From NCBI GenBank assembly GCA_002269645.1, contig NIVC01000613.1, forward strand, positions 84,834 to 148,833: a DNA stretch of 64,000 nt, in the 5' to 3' direction. Shown one piece after another: positions 41,411-54,465 of the stretch. Position numbers and translations under genes: made by a program. How positions within the stretch are numbered: the first letter of the stretch is position 1; every line of letters begins with the position of its first letter. Source of the stretch: Macrostomum lignano. Its lineage: Eukaryota. Below the pieces are notes generated by a model, which saw only the letters and a program-made list of their open reading frames with translations, did no database searches and was not told the DNA's origin.

Positions 41411-43391
41411 CGCTGAGAAACTGTGGGGCTGCGATCTGTGCGGAGATGCCGATGCTCGAAGCCTGTCTCTGCCTGAGCTGCAATGCGGAGCGGTAGGGAC
41501 TTCGTCACTTTGTGATCCGGGATTGAATTATACTTTTAATTTTTTAGGAAAAATACATTTTTTTACATTTATCCTACAGGAGGACCTAAAGATTAAAGAA
41601 TGTAGAAAAGAAATTTGGTGCCATAGTTGAAACACTTCTCAAAAGAGCATAATGCACTTCTTTCAGAGGTGGAAATTTTGATGCTACTGACAGACCGACT
41701 TACTGGGACTTTACTGCGGCACAATGTGGTCTACGAGCTGTGTGCACGGATTAGGTCGATATTAACTGTACTCGTAGAAGCAAATCTTGAGCCCTGCAAC
41801 TCTTTGTGACTGAATTTAAATAATCAAAATTTATGCAGGCCCAAGCCTACGAGATCTCACGCATCAAATGAGTTTGTGTGTTGGTAAACATGTTGTTTTA
41901 GTAAACATGGCCAAGGTACAATAGCTGTAATGCCCATGCTTTGCAGTCGTTAATGAAAATATCCTTTTCCACAAACGCAAGTTGTCTGGTGCTTCTCCAG
42001 TCTGACGCGTAATTTAGAATTCCTAGGTGCAAATTAACAGCTGGCTAAGGATATTCTTAGTGTTCTGTCTTGCACACTGGAAAATACAGAGCTTGAGTCA
42101 CACCAGCTGGCTGGGGCCAGGGAGCTAAGTACTCATATAAATGCTTTTGAGAAATGTTTCACACAAAAATTGTAATTCCAACTCCATAGCTAATTTCTCT
42201 GTGGAAATATATGAAGAGGACACTATGAAAACAAATTCATTCTCTAATAAGAAGCCATCTAAGAATTAAAAAAGTATATTATAAGAGTATTAACTTGGAA
42301 ATTAGAGAATGGTAGAGAAAATGAGATCAGACGAGTTGCCGCACAGTTATCAGGGTGGATGGGGTGAGTCATGGTGAGGAAGGTCTCGAAGAAGCAACAA
42401 AACGGGACAGAGCACTGTCTAAAATGAGTAAAAGCAAAAAGAACATTCCTCCAGGTGTTGGCATCTTCCTGTGAAAGACTGCCGAAGAGCAGTGTGCTCA
42501 GACGTCATGCACTCGCACAAGCATAACTCAAAGGGGCAGTGATTTGGCTTACAACCAGTCGGATATCATGGCAGGCATGAATATCTGCATTAAAGCGGCA
42601 ACACACGTGAAGCATTTCATGGCAGGCAAAATGCCTTGCGGAGAAGCTCAGTGCGGGAAACACTCCATAAGCGGCTCGTCTGTAGGTCCCCGGACTCTGC
42701 GGCAAGTCTTCGGCCAGCCCTGCGCTTCTCTGTCTCGCTGCCGCTCCGCTACCCGCCTCAATGCGATGCCTCAGCAGAGAACTGCTGCAGCTGAAGCACT
42801 GAATCAACTTGCTCAACTGACTGAATACCCGCTGGTCCCATGAAAACAGCTGCACTCGACAGTTAACAAGCTACATGGCCTATTATAATCAAAACCAAAG
42901 AATCAAAACATCAAGACAAAGATTAAAACTAACAAACAGTTAAAATTTGCAATTGCACTAGTGTAACTTATAAATGCAAGAACAACACGTTTTGGGATTA
43001 AATTTCAGTCTAAAGCATTTACAAGTCGCACAATGCAGACAATAATTGATTAGAGCTAATTATAGTTAAATAAATACCTGGGAAGCAACCGAAAACTTTA
43101 GTAGCAAAAGTGAAAAACTGGTCTAGCAGTACGTCGAGAAAGTGCTTGATTGAAAAAATGCTGCAAATCGATGGATTTTGAGACTGACCGCTCAATGGAC
43201 GATGTAACCAACTGGTAATTGCATCAGCTTTCGTATACATTATTACACGTAAATTCAAGAGGGATCATAAATACGCGTAGATAAAAACGCACTTAAAGGA
43301 TTGCCAGCAGCTCAAAAACACCTGGCGCACAGTGAGCACCCAGACGCGGTGGTTCACTTCTGCAGTCACAGGGAGCGAAGTTGAATATTCG

Positions 43392-44216
43392 TTACACAAT
43401 GTGCAGCCCGGAGTGCCTCTTCAGATGGCTGCCTTGATTGAATCTCTTGCTACACACATTGCACTCAAATGGCTTTTCTCCTGTGTGCAGCCTTGAGTGC
43501 CTAATGTGGCTGCTGCTGAAACCGAATCTCTTGCCGCACACATTGCACTCAAATGGCTTTTCTCCTGTGTGCAGACTTGAGTGGGAAGAGAGGCTGCATG
43601 CTTGATTGAATCTGTTGCCGCACACCTTGCACTCGAAAGGCTTTTCTCCTGTGTGAAGCCTAGAGTGCCTAGTGAGGCTGCTACTGACACTAAATCTCTT
43701 GCCGCACACCGTGCACTCAAATGGCTTTTCTCCTGTGTGCACTCTAGAGTGTGTAGTGAGGTCGCTGCTGAAACCGAATCTCTTGCCGCACACCTTGCAC
43801 TTGTGCGGTTTCGCCTTCTTGTGCACTGCACTAATGTGAGCTTTGATATGGCTTTTTTTGGTGAACTTCTTCTGGCAAGTGTCGCACTGGAACGCCCTCT
43901 CGATGCCCTGAGCTTGACTTTGCCATGTTGCAGCACTCTTTGAAGCTCGGGTGTTCCCGACCGACTCGCACTCGTAACGCTTCGTCACTGCAGAACTGCC
44001 GTCTGCACACGGCTGCATCGCTGACTCATTGCGAGACTCGACCTGCTCGACCGCCGCCGCTCTGCCAGCTTCTGAGTTGGTCGCAGCCGCCTCCTCTGGC
44101 TCCGAGTCGCAGCCGATTCCGTGTGACCGCACATGACGCAAGTACTGCGCCGCTGCCGAACGGGTGCGGCAGAACCGCCTGGGACAAAAGGGGCAGGCGA
44201 CAGAGCCCCGGCGCAT
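43392..44216 (-). CDS. C2H2 zinc-finger gene ZF2, intact, N-terminal finger + 6 array fingers (274 aa)
   Basis: Uninterrupted ORF with the shared N-terminus and Kruppel linkers. Confidence 0.93.
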   Translation of the reverse strand: MRRGSVACPFCPRRFCRTRSAAAQYLRHVRSHGIGCDSEPEEAAATNSEAGRAAAVEQVESRNESAMQPCADGSSAVTKRYECESVGNTRASKSAATWQSQAQGIERAFQCDTCQKKFTKKSHIKAHISAVHKKAKPHKCKVCGKRFGFSSDLTTHSRVHTGEKPFECTVCGKRFSVSSSLTRHSRLHTGEKPFECKVCGNRFNQACSLSSHSSLHTGEKPFECNVCGKRFGFSSSHIRHSRLHTGEKPFECNVCSKRFNQGSHLKRHSGLHIV

Positions 44217-44799
44217 CGCTGAGGAACTGTGGGGCTGCGATCCGTGCTGAGATGCCGATGCTCGAAGCCAGTCTCTGCCGGAGCTGCAATGCGGAGCGGT
44301 AGGGGCTTCGTCACTTTGTGATCAGGAATTGAAAGACATAAAAGGAAGTGAACTACACTTATAGCTGAGTCTTAAAGAAAAGTAAATAGACTAATTTTTA
44401 ATGGACATTTTACTGGTTGAAAGGTTATTGCTAAACGGCAATGTGACCGGGTACATCTGCATTGATGAGCAATTTTTAGCCCCCGGTTATGAAGGCCGGC
44501 AGTGCACTTTTACCTCTCCCCGCCACGTCCACCCCAAACTGACCCAGTTGCACCGCCTCATTTTTTCTGTCTGTATCATCTTGCTGCGTTCCTAATTCTG
44601 CGTGCTTATTTGAGACGGTCTGGGAAATTAAACAAAACGGCGCGTTTTAAGCTGCCGAATGTCAATGTACATTATAATTTAGAACTGCTAGCTGAGCAGC
44701 ACGATCGTGAAACTTCTGTCTGTTTGGCTCTGGACGAACTGAAAAAACAAGGGCGTCACTGTCTTGAGGGAACCTGCGGGAGTCGCCCTGGACTGAAGG

Positions 44800-45720
44800 A
44801 ATTTCTGAGGCATTTAGCGGATTGAAGCCGTCTGCAGAAAATTGGACATGAAAGACGAGAAGGTTGACGGAGTCTTACTCAAGATTGACTTTTTAATCCT
44901 CATGGCGGTAGCCGCGTATTACAAATTAGGGAACTTCTTGGTCACTCCGGCGAAGTTAGAGGTCAATGCATTCGAGAATCTAGAGGATGAAATCAAGTAG
45001 CTTGCCTCACAAAAACTTGTGCCTGAGCGTCACAGGTTTAACGAACCGAAGCAAGACGAGTACCCATAAGCATATTTTGAGAACCGACTGCGAGACTGCG
45101 ACAGATATGGCATTTGAATACATTCTGCAAGAAGCTCTAAGAGACCAGTTTGTAGCCGGACTGTGCAATGCCTCCGTGGTGAAAGAACTGGTTATTAAAG
45201 ACCCGTTAACATTGATACTTGCGGTGGAGACTGCTGCAGCGCAAAAGCAAGTCAGTAAGAGTGCCTTGACCTCACGGAAAGTTGGAAACAGTCAGTTCAA
45301 CAAAGGACAAAATGCGACATCAAAGTAGTGCTCAATGCCAAATGCGCATTTCGGGCAAGGCGTGCAGTTTTTTAATGAAGAAGCATCTGCCAGAGTCATG
45401 CCTGGCATGTGGAGCCAAGTGTCGAAACTGTGAGAGAATTAATCATTTTGAAGCCGCCTGCAAGCCCTAAAAGACCGTCTCGTCTCGCATGGAGGAGCAA
45501 AGTCCGCTTCACAAAACAAAGCCAATAATTCAATGGGTTGATCTTAAACTGAACGGTAAAGAAGTCGCAATGATGGTGGATTTCGGGACAATGGTGACCG
45601 CATTCCCAAGAGCCTGGCTCAACAGCTGGAACTGCTGAACTACTCTGGACCGACCAAAATTGCCTAATAACACCGTATGGAGGACAAGATCTACCAGTAT
45701 GTGGCACTAAAAATGTTTGA
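44800..45720 (+). mobile_element. Decayed Ty3/gypsy-like gag-protease fragment
   Basis: Multi-frame translation gives ...EALRDQFVAGL... (gag), a knuckle-like CLACGAKCRNCERINHFEAAC and a degenerate aspartic-protease motif LKLNGKEVAMMVDFG. It has several stops and frameshifts. Confidence 0.65.
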
Positions 45721-46394
45721 GTGCAGATCAAGGATGAAAGTGGGTGCTTACTACCTGTGGTAGTCATGGACTTGAAAGTCAACCAGATGCAATAAAGAAG
45801 TATAGAACAAACCGTAATCGATAAATAATGTCCATAATGTCCATAAAAACTGGCCAAAAGCAACTGAGCGACCGGCTGTAGCTCGTACACAGAGACCGAG
45901 AGGGAATAGTAGAGAGTGTGAGTGGCTGTACATTAGAAGACCCTCAGGTGCGCACCGGCTCTACGGCGCTTCAACAAGTACGAGCGTATTAGGACGGCAA
46001 TCGCCATGGCATTCGTGCATGGTATTTTACCTTCCTATGCGTGGGACGATGTGAATTATAAATCTTGTTATGACAGGGACTTGGGAGCTGAGCATAAGTG
46101 CCTCTGAGAAATGTTTTACACAACAGCAATCGCATTTACCACTATAGTTAACGAGTATTCGGTAGGTGAGAATTAAATAAGAGAAGGGCAGTGTTTGGAA
46201 CACTATCAAAACAATTTCATTCTTTAATAAGTTATCTAATAATTAAAAATCATTGAATAGGGTATTATTCTAAAAAGGTGCAATGGCAGAAGAATTGGGT
46301 TAAGAGAAGTTGCTGAACAGTTAGCAGGGTAGGTAGGGTGAAAATTGGAGTGGCAGGGTGACTGGTAGAGTGGCAGTGGAGTCCTAGGCTGGCT

Positions 46395-46692
46395 AGGGAG
46401 AGTCTTAGGGTGGTTTGGGTGAGTCTTAGGGTGAGTTGGGTGAATGGTAGGGAGGCTAGGGAGAGTCTTAGGGTGGTTTGGGTGAGTCTTAGGGTGGGTT
46501 GCGTGAATGATAGGGAGGCTAGGGAGAGTCTTAGGGTGGTTTGGGTGAGTGAAAGGGTGGCTAGGGAGAGTCTTAGGGTGGTTTGGGTGAGTGATGGGGT
46601 GGCTAGGAAGAGTCTTAGGGTGGTATGGGTGAGTGATAGGGTGGCTAGGGAGAGTCTTAGGGTGGTTTGGGTGAGTGATAGGGTGGCTAGGG
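46395..46692. repeat. 42-bp G-rich satellite, ~7 copies
   Basis: GGGTGAGTGATAGGGTGGCTAGGGAGAGTCTTAGGGTGGTTT. Confidence 0.93.
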
Positions 46693-47683
46693 AGAGGAGA
46701 CAGCTGCATTCCACAGTTTACCTGTGAAGAAACTGGGGTCGGTCCGGGTGCCCAACCCAAGTACTATAAAAAAGTGGAAAAGGCGCAGTGACGCTTTGTG
46801 AAACAGTAACACGATCTGGCGTGATGAAGTTCAGAAGTTGCGTTACGTGTGTTCTCTGTCTGTACCAGCAGCTTGCAAAATATACGGAACTCTTGACATA
46901 TCAAGCTATCAACCCTAAACTATTGCTGCTGGTATCTTTTATACCGCAGTGTCAACTAATTTTACCGGACTTTGATCGGTGCTTCGGTCAACTCAAGAAA
47001 GTCAAGTTTACCTCTAAGACGCGCACAATAAAAGCTGCAAAGCGAGCCAATCGAAACGGCGCAAGCAGTGTGAGACTCTCCTGCCCTGACAGACCCCCGA
47101 GGGCCCATGCACTACACGTGGTTTGTTAAAATTAATATAAAAAATCAACAAATCCAGACAAACATTAAAAAATAACAAGTGAAGATTGCCATGCTGCAAG
47201 TGTAATTCAAAAATACATGAAGAAAAACAAGTTTTGAGATCAAATTTTAGCTTGGTCTTTACAAAATTCAATCGCGGAGACACTATAATAACAATGATTA
47301 CAGAAATTCTTGTAGAAGTTAAAATAAGTCAAACGTAAAATATGGGTGCTGAGTAATACAGAAAATAATGAATTAAGATGCAAACAACAAATTGAAACCT
47401 TTGGCAGCAACAAGAAAGTGAAACACTGGTCTAGCAGTACTGGTCAATGAAGATGCTTAATTAAAACAGAAAATGCTTCAAACCAATCAGTGGCTACTCA
47501 GACTGACCATTGGTTCAGCTACGGTATGCATTACTTTTGGACAATTCAAGGATGATCATTAAAATTTATAGACAAAAAAGGCTGTTAATGGATTGCCAGT
47601 GACTTAAAAACGCGTGGCGAACACTCAGAACTCTGACTCGGTAGTTCACTTCTGCAGTCAAGGAGGGCAAAGTTTAATATTCG

Positions 47684-48844
47684 TTACACAATGTGCCGAT
47701 TAGCGTGCGTTTTCAGATGGCTGCCTTGATTAAATCGCTTGCCGCACACCTTGCACTCAAATGTTTTTTCTCTAGTGTGCAGCCTTGAGTGAGAAGAGAG
47801 GCTGCTTCTGAAACCGAATCTCTTGCCGCACACCTTGCACTCAAATGGCTTTTCTCCTGTGTGCAGCCTGGAGTGGGAAGAGAGGCTGCATGCTTGATTG
47901 AATCTTTTGCCGCAAACCTTGCACTCGAAAGGCTTTTCTCCTGAGTGAAGCCTAGAGTGGGAAGAGAGGTTGCTGCGGCGACTGAATCTCTTGCCGCATA
48001 CCTTGCACTCAAATGGCTTTTCTCCTGTGTGCAGCCTTGAGTGGGAAGAGAGGCTCCATGCTTGACTAAATGTCTTGCCGCACACCTTGCACTCAAATGG
48101 CTTTTCTCCTGTGTGCACCCTGGAGTGCCTAATGTGGCTGCTGCTGTCAGTAAATCTCTTGCCACACACCTTGCACTCAAATGGCTTTTCTCCTGTGTGC
48201 AGCCTTGAGTGGGAAGAGAGGCTCCATGCTTGACTGAATCTCTTGCCGCACACCTTGCACTCAAATGGCTTTTCTCCTGTGTGCAGCCTTGAGTGGGAAG
48301 AGAGGTTGCTGCGGCGACTGAATCTCTTGCCGCATACCTTGCACTCAAATGGCTTTTCTCCTGTGTGCAGCCTTGAGTGGGAAGAGAGGCTCCATGCTTG
48401 ACTGAATCTCTTGCCGCACACCTTGCACTTGTGCGGTTTCACCTTCATGTGCACTGCACTAATGTGAGCCTTTAAGTAGCTTTTTCTGGTGAACTTCTTC
48501 TGGCAAGTGTCGCACTGGAACACCCTCTCGACAGCCTGAGCTCGACGGTGCCGTGTTGCAGCACTCTTTGAAGCTCGGGTGTTCCCGGCTGACTCGCACT
48601 CTGAACTCTTCGTCACTGCAGAACTGCCGTCTGCACACGGCTGCATCGCTGACTCATTGCGAGACTCGACCTGCTCGACCGCCGCCGCTCTGCCAACTTC
48701 TGAGTTGGTCGCAGCCGCCTCCTCTGGCTCCGAGTCGCAGCCCATTCCGTGTGACCGCACATGACGCAAGTACTGCGCCGCTGCCGATCGGGTGCGGCAG
48801 AACCGCCTGGGACAAAAGGGGCAGGCGACAGAGCCCCGGCGCAT
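47684..48844 (-). CDS. C2H2 zinc-finger gene ZF3, intact, N-terminal finger + 10 array fingers
   Basis: The ATG of MRRGS is at 48844. The frame is open upstream to 49039, but that extension is not conserved in all paralogs. Confidence 0.93.
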   Translation of the reverse strand: MRRGSVACPFCPRRFCRTRSAAAQYLRHVRSHGMGCDSEPEEAAATNSEVGRAAAVEQVESRNESAMQPCADGSSAVTKSSECESAGNTRASKSAATRHRRAQAVERVFQCDTCQKKFTRKSYLKAHISAVHMKVKPHKCKVCGKRFSQAWSLSSHSRLHTGEKPFECKVCGKRFSRRSNLSSHSRLHTGEKPFECKVCGKRFSQAWSLSSHSRLHTGEKPFECKVCGKRFTDSSSHIRHSRVHTGEKPFECKVCGKTFSQAWSLSSHSRLHTGEKPFECKVCGKRFSRRSNLSSHSRLHSGEKPFECKVCGKRFNQACSLSSHSRLHTGEKPFECKVCGKRFGFRSSLSSHSRLHTREKTFECKVCGKRFNQGSHLKTHANRHIV

Positions 48845-49785
48845 CTCTGAGAAACTGTGGGGCTGCGATCTGTGCGGAGATGCCGATGCTCGAAGCCTGT
48901 CTCTGCCTGAGCTGCAATGCGGAGCGGTAGGGACTTCGTCACTTTGTGATCCGGAATGGAAAGACATGCAAAGGAAATGAACATCCCAGATATCGAAAAC
49001 ATAGACAATTTCTGGGTTATATTGACTAATAAAAAGCATAATTTTCTATTTTATGAAAGTGATAAAAATCCCATGCATGCTTTACTTGAATTTAAGACAA
49101 CCAATTGATGATGGATTTAACAGAGTGAAAATGTTGCTGCTAAACGGCATGACGTGTATGGCAAAATTCAAACTGATGAGCAATCTTTGGCTCATGAAAG
49201 ATAGTGACCCAAAGCCTTCCAGGTAAACTTCCTAACATACAAATTTTTCTTGATTTTTGCTCAATTCTTCCATTATCTAATTCAATTTTCTACTGGAGAC
49301 CAGATACCAACAATTTCAACTATCACTGCATGGTCCTCACTTTGGTAAAATAGATTTACAATAAAACAGTTTTTAGTTGCCTTATATATACCTAAACCGC
49401 TATCTAAGAGAGCAAGCTCCGTCCAGCCTCCAAAATCATTATCAAAGGCTTCGAGCTTGTCCGCCTGGATCGCGCGGGCCTGCAACAAAGGAGCTTACAA
49501 AGTGACTTCCGATACTGGTGTGATGATGCCTTGGAAATTATATATACAGGACCCCTGAACCATCAAGCTTCAGGGAAAGAATGACTCGAAAACAGGCTGG
49601 TTAATAGAAGCAAAGCCTGTTGTATATTTGAATATCGTACGCAACGCGACGATGCCGTTAAACAATTGTTTGAACAGTGCACGCTTACAGATCAAACCGA
49701 ACTCAATCGGTGCTTTTATCATTTAATACCGCAGTCTCAACCAATTTTACCGGGTTTGGATTGGTGTTTTAGCTAAATCAAAATA

Positions 49786-50400
49786 TACTCAGCAACAGCT
49801 ACCCCCCCCCCCAACTCACGCTGTCACACGGCCCAAAAGTTTTGTATGCCATCGGTGACTCAGAAATGTGTGAAGGCTGCCGCCGCCAGACGCGAGCGCA
49901 AAGTGCGGCATGGGGGATTTGGGGAGGGGGTGGCGCAACTCAACCCACTGGTGGCTGCATTGCGCAATGGTGCATTCGCACATTGAACTGGCCGTCAAAG
50001 TCTCCAGACATGAACCCCTCCACGAGAAACTTAACTGCGAGAAAGAACTGTAAAAGGAAATTAGTCTATGGTAATTTATGACAAACTGAGTTGCAAATAA
50101 AAAGTACAACAAAATACCCATAACCCCATCGAGCATTTCTGGGACTTTGTAAAGCGAAGAGTTCAGCAGGATGCCCCACAGAATGCTGAGCAGTTGCGAC
50201 TGGCGGTGCTGAATGCCTGGCAGCAGCTGCCTCAAGAGTTCATCAACCGGCTGGTTATCAGGATGCCACGACGAGTCACGGCACTTTTGCATGCTCGTGG
50301 TTCCTACACACGATACTGAGACTAGAATTAAAGACATTGCTTAACATTTGTGCCCGTGTGACAGCGTGAGTTGGGGGGGGGGTTTAGCTGTTGCTGAGTA
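49786..50400 (+). mobile_element. Internally deleted Tc1/mariner element (615 bp) with ~57-bp TIRs and TA target duplication
   Basis: TIRs TACTCAGCAACAGCT...CTCACGCTGTCACACG occur at both ends, with TA at 49784-85 and 50401-02. The empty site AAATCAAAATAAACAG is in the paralogous spacer at ~61291-61306. The transposase C-terminus reads WPSKSPDMNP...NPIEHFWDFVKRRV...RGSYTRY*. Confidence 0.92.
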
Positions 50401-50869
50401 TAAACAGTTTTTTATTTAATTATCGCTCGACTGCCTGGCAGGACCCATTGATTTCTGCCAATTGTACTGCAACTTTGCGCGACTGAACAATTTAAGGTGG
50501 ATGCGCAAACCCGGAGCGAAATACTAAAAAGCCGTAACAAAAAGGGTGGGTAGGCGGCCCCACCGGCTAAGACGAGCAAAGCCTAAAGGCCAGCCAATCG
50601 AAACGAAATTTGGTGTCAGAATTTAAACATTTCTCAGCTGTCTGAGAGACCGGCTTATTGGAACTTTACTGGGACAGCATTTTTGACGAATGCACGATGT
50701 CAAATGCTTCTACAATCTGACGCGCCAACTCGGAGTTTAAAGATGCAATTTCTAGATGGTGGAGAAGCTGGTAGCAATTATTCTATTGTAAAATATTTAT
50801 GTAGCTAGGGATTCTCTCAAGTGCTAATTAACTGTACTGTCTTGCGCAATGTGAAAAATAGAGCTTGTG

Positions 50870-51420
50870 ACAGGGACTACTGAGCACTCCCGACTATGCT
50901 CTATACTTGCATTTTTGAGCCGTCCTCTTTAAGTGTTCATGCGAAAAACCGCTAATCGGAGACACAAGCCCATAGATTTGAGATTTCATTACTAACACGA
51001 CAACAAACAGCATGGTGTCAGAGGAACACAGCTAACGATTAACTCCTTAACCGCATACATCATTCAGTCGCTACTCAGCTAATTCAAAGCCGACGCTTTG
51101 ATACACATGGCTGGCTGATACAGGAGAGTTGAAGCCACCAGCATCCATCGCATTCGATGAGAACAAATGAAGAAGTGGAAACATGAATTGCTGGTTTCGC
51201 GCTCTCCCTCACAGCCGTGAAGCGAGATAATGAAAGCGACGAGCTGAAGACCGCCATTCTGCTCACAGCACTTGGAAGGTCTTTCAAGGTCAAAACAGCA
51301 GAAACAGAAAGATTCCTCGCAAAACGCCACGCTAACACCAAACTTGACTCGATTCCCCAGAGCATGCAATTTTTTTCGACCTTCGACAATTAAGACAGCA
51401 TATGAGCACTATGATTAAAG
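50870..51420 (+). mobile_element. Decayed gypsy 5' end: LTR-like end ...ACAGCA, PBS-like TGGTGTCAGAGG (51013), frameshifted gag N-terminus; copies at ~58447-59000 and ~61770-62300
   Basis: CA|TGGTGTCAGA resembles common gypsy LTR/PBS junctions. It is followed by LKPPASIAFDEN..., KKWKHEL and DELKTAILLTALG in shifting frames. The 5' LTR boundary is not resolved. Confidence 0.45.
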
Positions 51421-51953
51421 TGCATCGAAACAGGTTACTCGGAGGGCACCAAGTGATTCAGCCACCCAGCCGAAACTCTATATGACGCATTCTGGTCAAG
51501 TTGTAAAGCTATCGGACAACTACAGATCGACCTAACTTTGGCAATTTGTGACTTCGCTAACTCAATAATTAGAAAACTGACAATCACCAAACTATCAGTT
51601 TATAATACTCGTGCCTACTGTGCGCAGAATTTTTTAAGCAAAAATTAAAATAAGTCAAACGAAAAGTAGCATAAGTGCCGAGTACTCGTACAGTACGCAA
51701 TGTGACTACTGGGAAAAAACTGAAAACATTTGGCAGCAACAGCTCATCAGTGTATCAACTTCCTCATGCATCCTAAAGGAAAGATTCAAGACAAAGCATA
51801 ATTACATAGGAACAAAAAGCTGTTAAACGATTGCAAGTACTCGTACACTGAAAACGCCTGGAGCACAGAAAAACAAAGATCGTGTGTCCATTTCTACAAT
51901 CACGGTGCGCAAAGTTAAATATTCGTTAAAAATGTGCTGCTTGGAGTGCCTCT

Positions 51954-53082
51954 TCAGATTGCTGCCTTAACTGAATCTTTTGCAGAACACCTGGCACTCG
52001 AATAGCTTTTTCTTGTGTGCACCCTGGAGTGCTTAGTGAGGTTGCTGCTTACATGAAATCTCTTGCCGCACACCATGCACTCAAACGGCTTTTCTCCTGT
52101 GTGAAGCCTAGAGTGCTTAGTGAGGCTGCTGCTGTCACTAAATCTCTTGCCGCACACATTGCACTCAAATGGCTTTTCTCCTGTGTGCAGCCTTGAGTGG
52201 GAAGAGAGATTGCTTGCTTGATTGAATCTTTTGCCGCAAACTTTGCACTCGAAAGGCTTTTCTCCTGTGTGAAGCCTAGAGTGCTTAGTAAGGCTGCTGC
52301 TGTCACTAAATCTCTTGCCGCACACCTTGCACTCAAATGGCTTTTCTCCTGTGTGCAGCCTTGAGTGGGAAGAGAGATTGCTTGCTTGATTGAATCTTTT
52401 GCCGCACACCTTGCACTCGAAAGGCTTTTCTCCTGTGTGAAGCCTAGAGTGCTGAGTGAGGCTGCTACTGACACTAAATCTCTTGCCGCACACATTGCAC
52501 TCAAATGGCTTTTCTCCTGTGTGCAGCCTTGAGTGGTAAGAGAGGCCCCATGCTTGACCGAATCTCTTGCCGCACACCTTGCACTCAAATGGCTTTTCTC
52601 CTGTGTGCACTCTAGAGTGTGTATTGAGGTCGCTGCTGAAACCGAATCTCTTGCCGCACACCTTGCACTTGTGCAGTTTCGCCTTCATGTGCACTGCACT
52701 AATGTGAGCTTTGAGGTGGCCTTTTCTGGTGAACTTCTTCTGGCAAGTGTTGCACTGGAACCCTCTCGACAGCCTGAGCTTGACGTTGCCGTGTAGCAGC
52801 ACTGTTCAAAGCTCGGGTCTTCCCGGCTGACTCGCACTCTGGACTCTTCGTCACTGCAGAACTGCCGTCTGCACACGGCTGCATCGCTGACTCATTGCGA
52901 GACTCGACCTGCTCGACCGCCGCCGCTCTGCCAGCTTCTGAGTTGGTCGCAGCCGCCTCCTCTGGCTCCGAGTCGCAGCCCATTCCGTGTGACCGCACAT
53001 GACGCAAGTACTGCGCCGCTGCCGATCGGGTGCGGCAGAACCGCCTGGGACAAAAGGGGCAGGCGACAGAGCCCCGGCGCAT
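51954..53082 (-). pseudogene. C2H2 zinc-finger gene ZF4, 9 array fingers + decayed terminal finger; 2-nt deletion frameshift at ~52760
   Basis: GGAACCCTCTCG versus GGAACGCCCTCTCG in paralogs. The last finger has a frameshift and a stop. The indel could be a consensus error. Confidence 0.75.
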
Positions 53083-53659
53083 CTCTGAGAAACTGTGGGG
53101 CTGCGATCTGTTCGGAGATGCCCGTCTCTGTCGGAGCTGCAATGCGGAGCGGTAGGGACTTCGTCACTTTGTGATCCGGAAGTGAAAGACATCAAAGGAA
53201 GTGAACTACACTTATAGCTGAGTCTTACGGAAAAGTAAATAGACAGTAATTTTTAATGGACATTTTACTGGGTGAAAGGTTATTGCTAAACGGCAATGTG
53301 ACCGGGTACATCTGCATTGATGAGCAATCCTTGGCCCCGGTTAAGAAGGCCGGCAGTGCACTTTTACCTCTCCCCGCCACGTCTACCCCAAACTGACCCA
53401 GTTGCACCGCCTCATTTTTCTGTCTGTATCATCTTGCTGCGTTCCCAATTCTGCGTGCTTATTTGAGACGGTTTGGGAAATTAAACAAAACGGCGCGTTT
53501 TAAGCTGCCGAATGTCAATGTACATCATCATTTAGAATTGCTAGCTGAGCAGCACGATCGTGAAACTTCTGTCTGTTTGGCTCTGGACGAACTGAAAAAA
53601 CAAGGGCGTCACTGTCTTGAGGGAACCTGCGGGAGTCGCCCTGGACTGAAGGAATTTCT

Positions 53660-54295
53660 GAGGCATTTAGCGGATTGAAGCCGTCTGCAGAAAATTGGAC
53701 ATGAAAGACGAGAAGGTTGACGGAGTCTTACTCAAGATTGACTTTTTAAGCCTCATGGCGGTAGCCGCGTATGACAAATTAGGAAACTTCTTGGTCCCTC
53801 CGGCGAAGTTAGAGGTCAATGCATTCGAGAATCTAGAGGATGAAATCAAGTAGCTTGCCTCACAAAAACTTGTGCCTGAGCGTCACAGGTTTAACGAACC
53901 GAAGCAAGACGAGTACCCATAAGCATATTTTGAGAACCGACTGCGAGACTGCGACAGATGTGGTATTTGAATACATTCTGCAAGAAGCTCTAAGAGACCA
54001 GTTTGCAGCCGGACTGTGCAATGCCTCCGTGGTGAAAGAACTGATTATTAAAGGCCCGTTAACATTGATGCTTGCGGTGGAGACTGCTGCAGCGCAAAAG
54101 CAAGTCAGTAAGAGTGCCTTGACCTCAAGGAAAGTTGGAAGCAGTCAGTTCAACAAAGGACAAAATGCGACATCAAAGCAGTGCTCAAGGCCAAATGCGC
54201 ATTTCGGGCAAGGCCTGCAGTTTTTTTATGAAGAAGCATCTGCCAGAGTCATGCCTGGCATGTGGAGCCAAGTGTCGAAACTGTGAGAGAATTAC
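53660..54295 (+). mobile_element. Second copy of the gypsy gag fragment, truncated by a ~630-bp deletion
   Basis: Near-identical to 44800-45440, then jumps to sequence homologous to ~46075. Confidence 0.7.
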
Positions 54296-54465
54296 TTGAA
54301 GGACTTGGGAGCTGAGCATAAATGCCTCTGAGAAATGTTTTACACAACAGCAATCGCATTTACCACTCTGTAGTTTACGAGTATTCGGTAGGTGAAAATT
54401 AAATAAGAGAAGGGTAGTGATTGGAACACTATCAAAACAATTTCATTCTTTAGTAAGTTATTTAA

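Noticed and set aside
42270-42855. ~190-codon minus-strand frame with one internal TGA between ZF1 and ZF2
   Set aside because: No recognisable homology and a competing + strand ORF; left unannotated.
50611-50621. Additional TGGTGTCAGAA PBS-like motif (also at ~61501)
   Set aside because: It is not preceded by a CA LTR end and not followed by recognisable gag.
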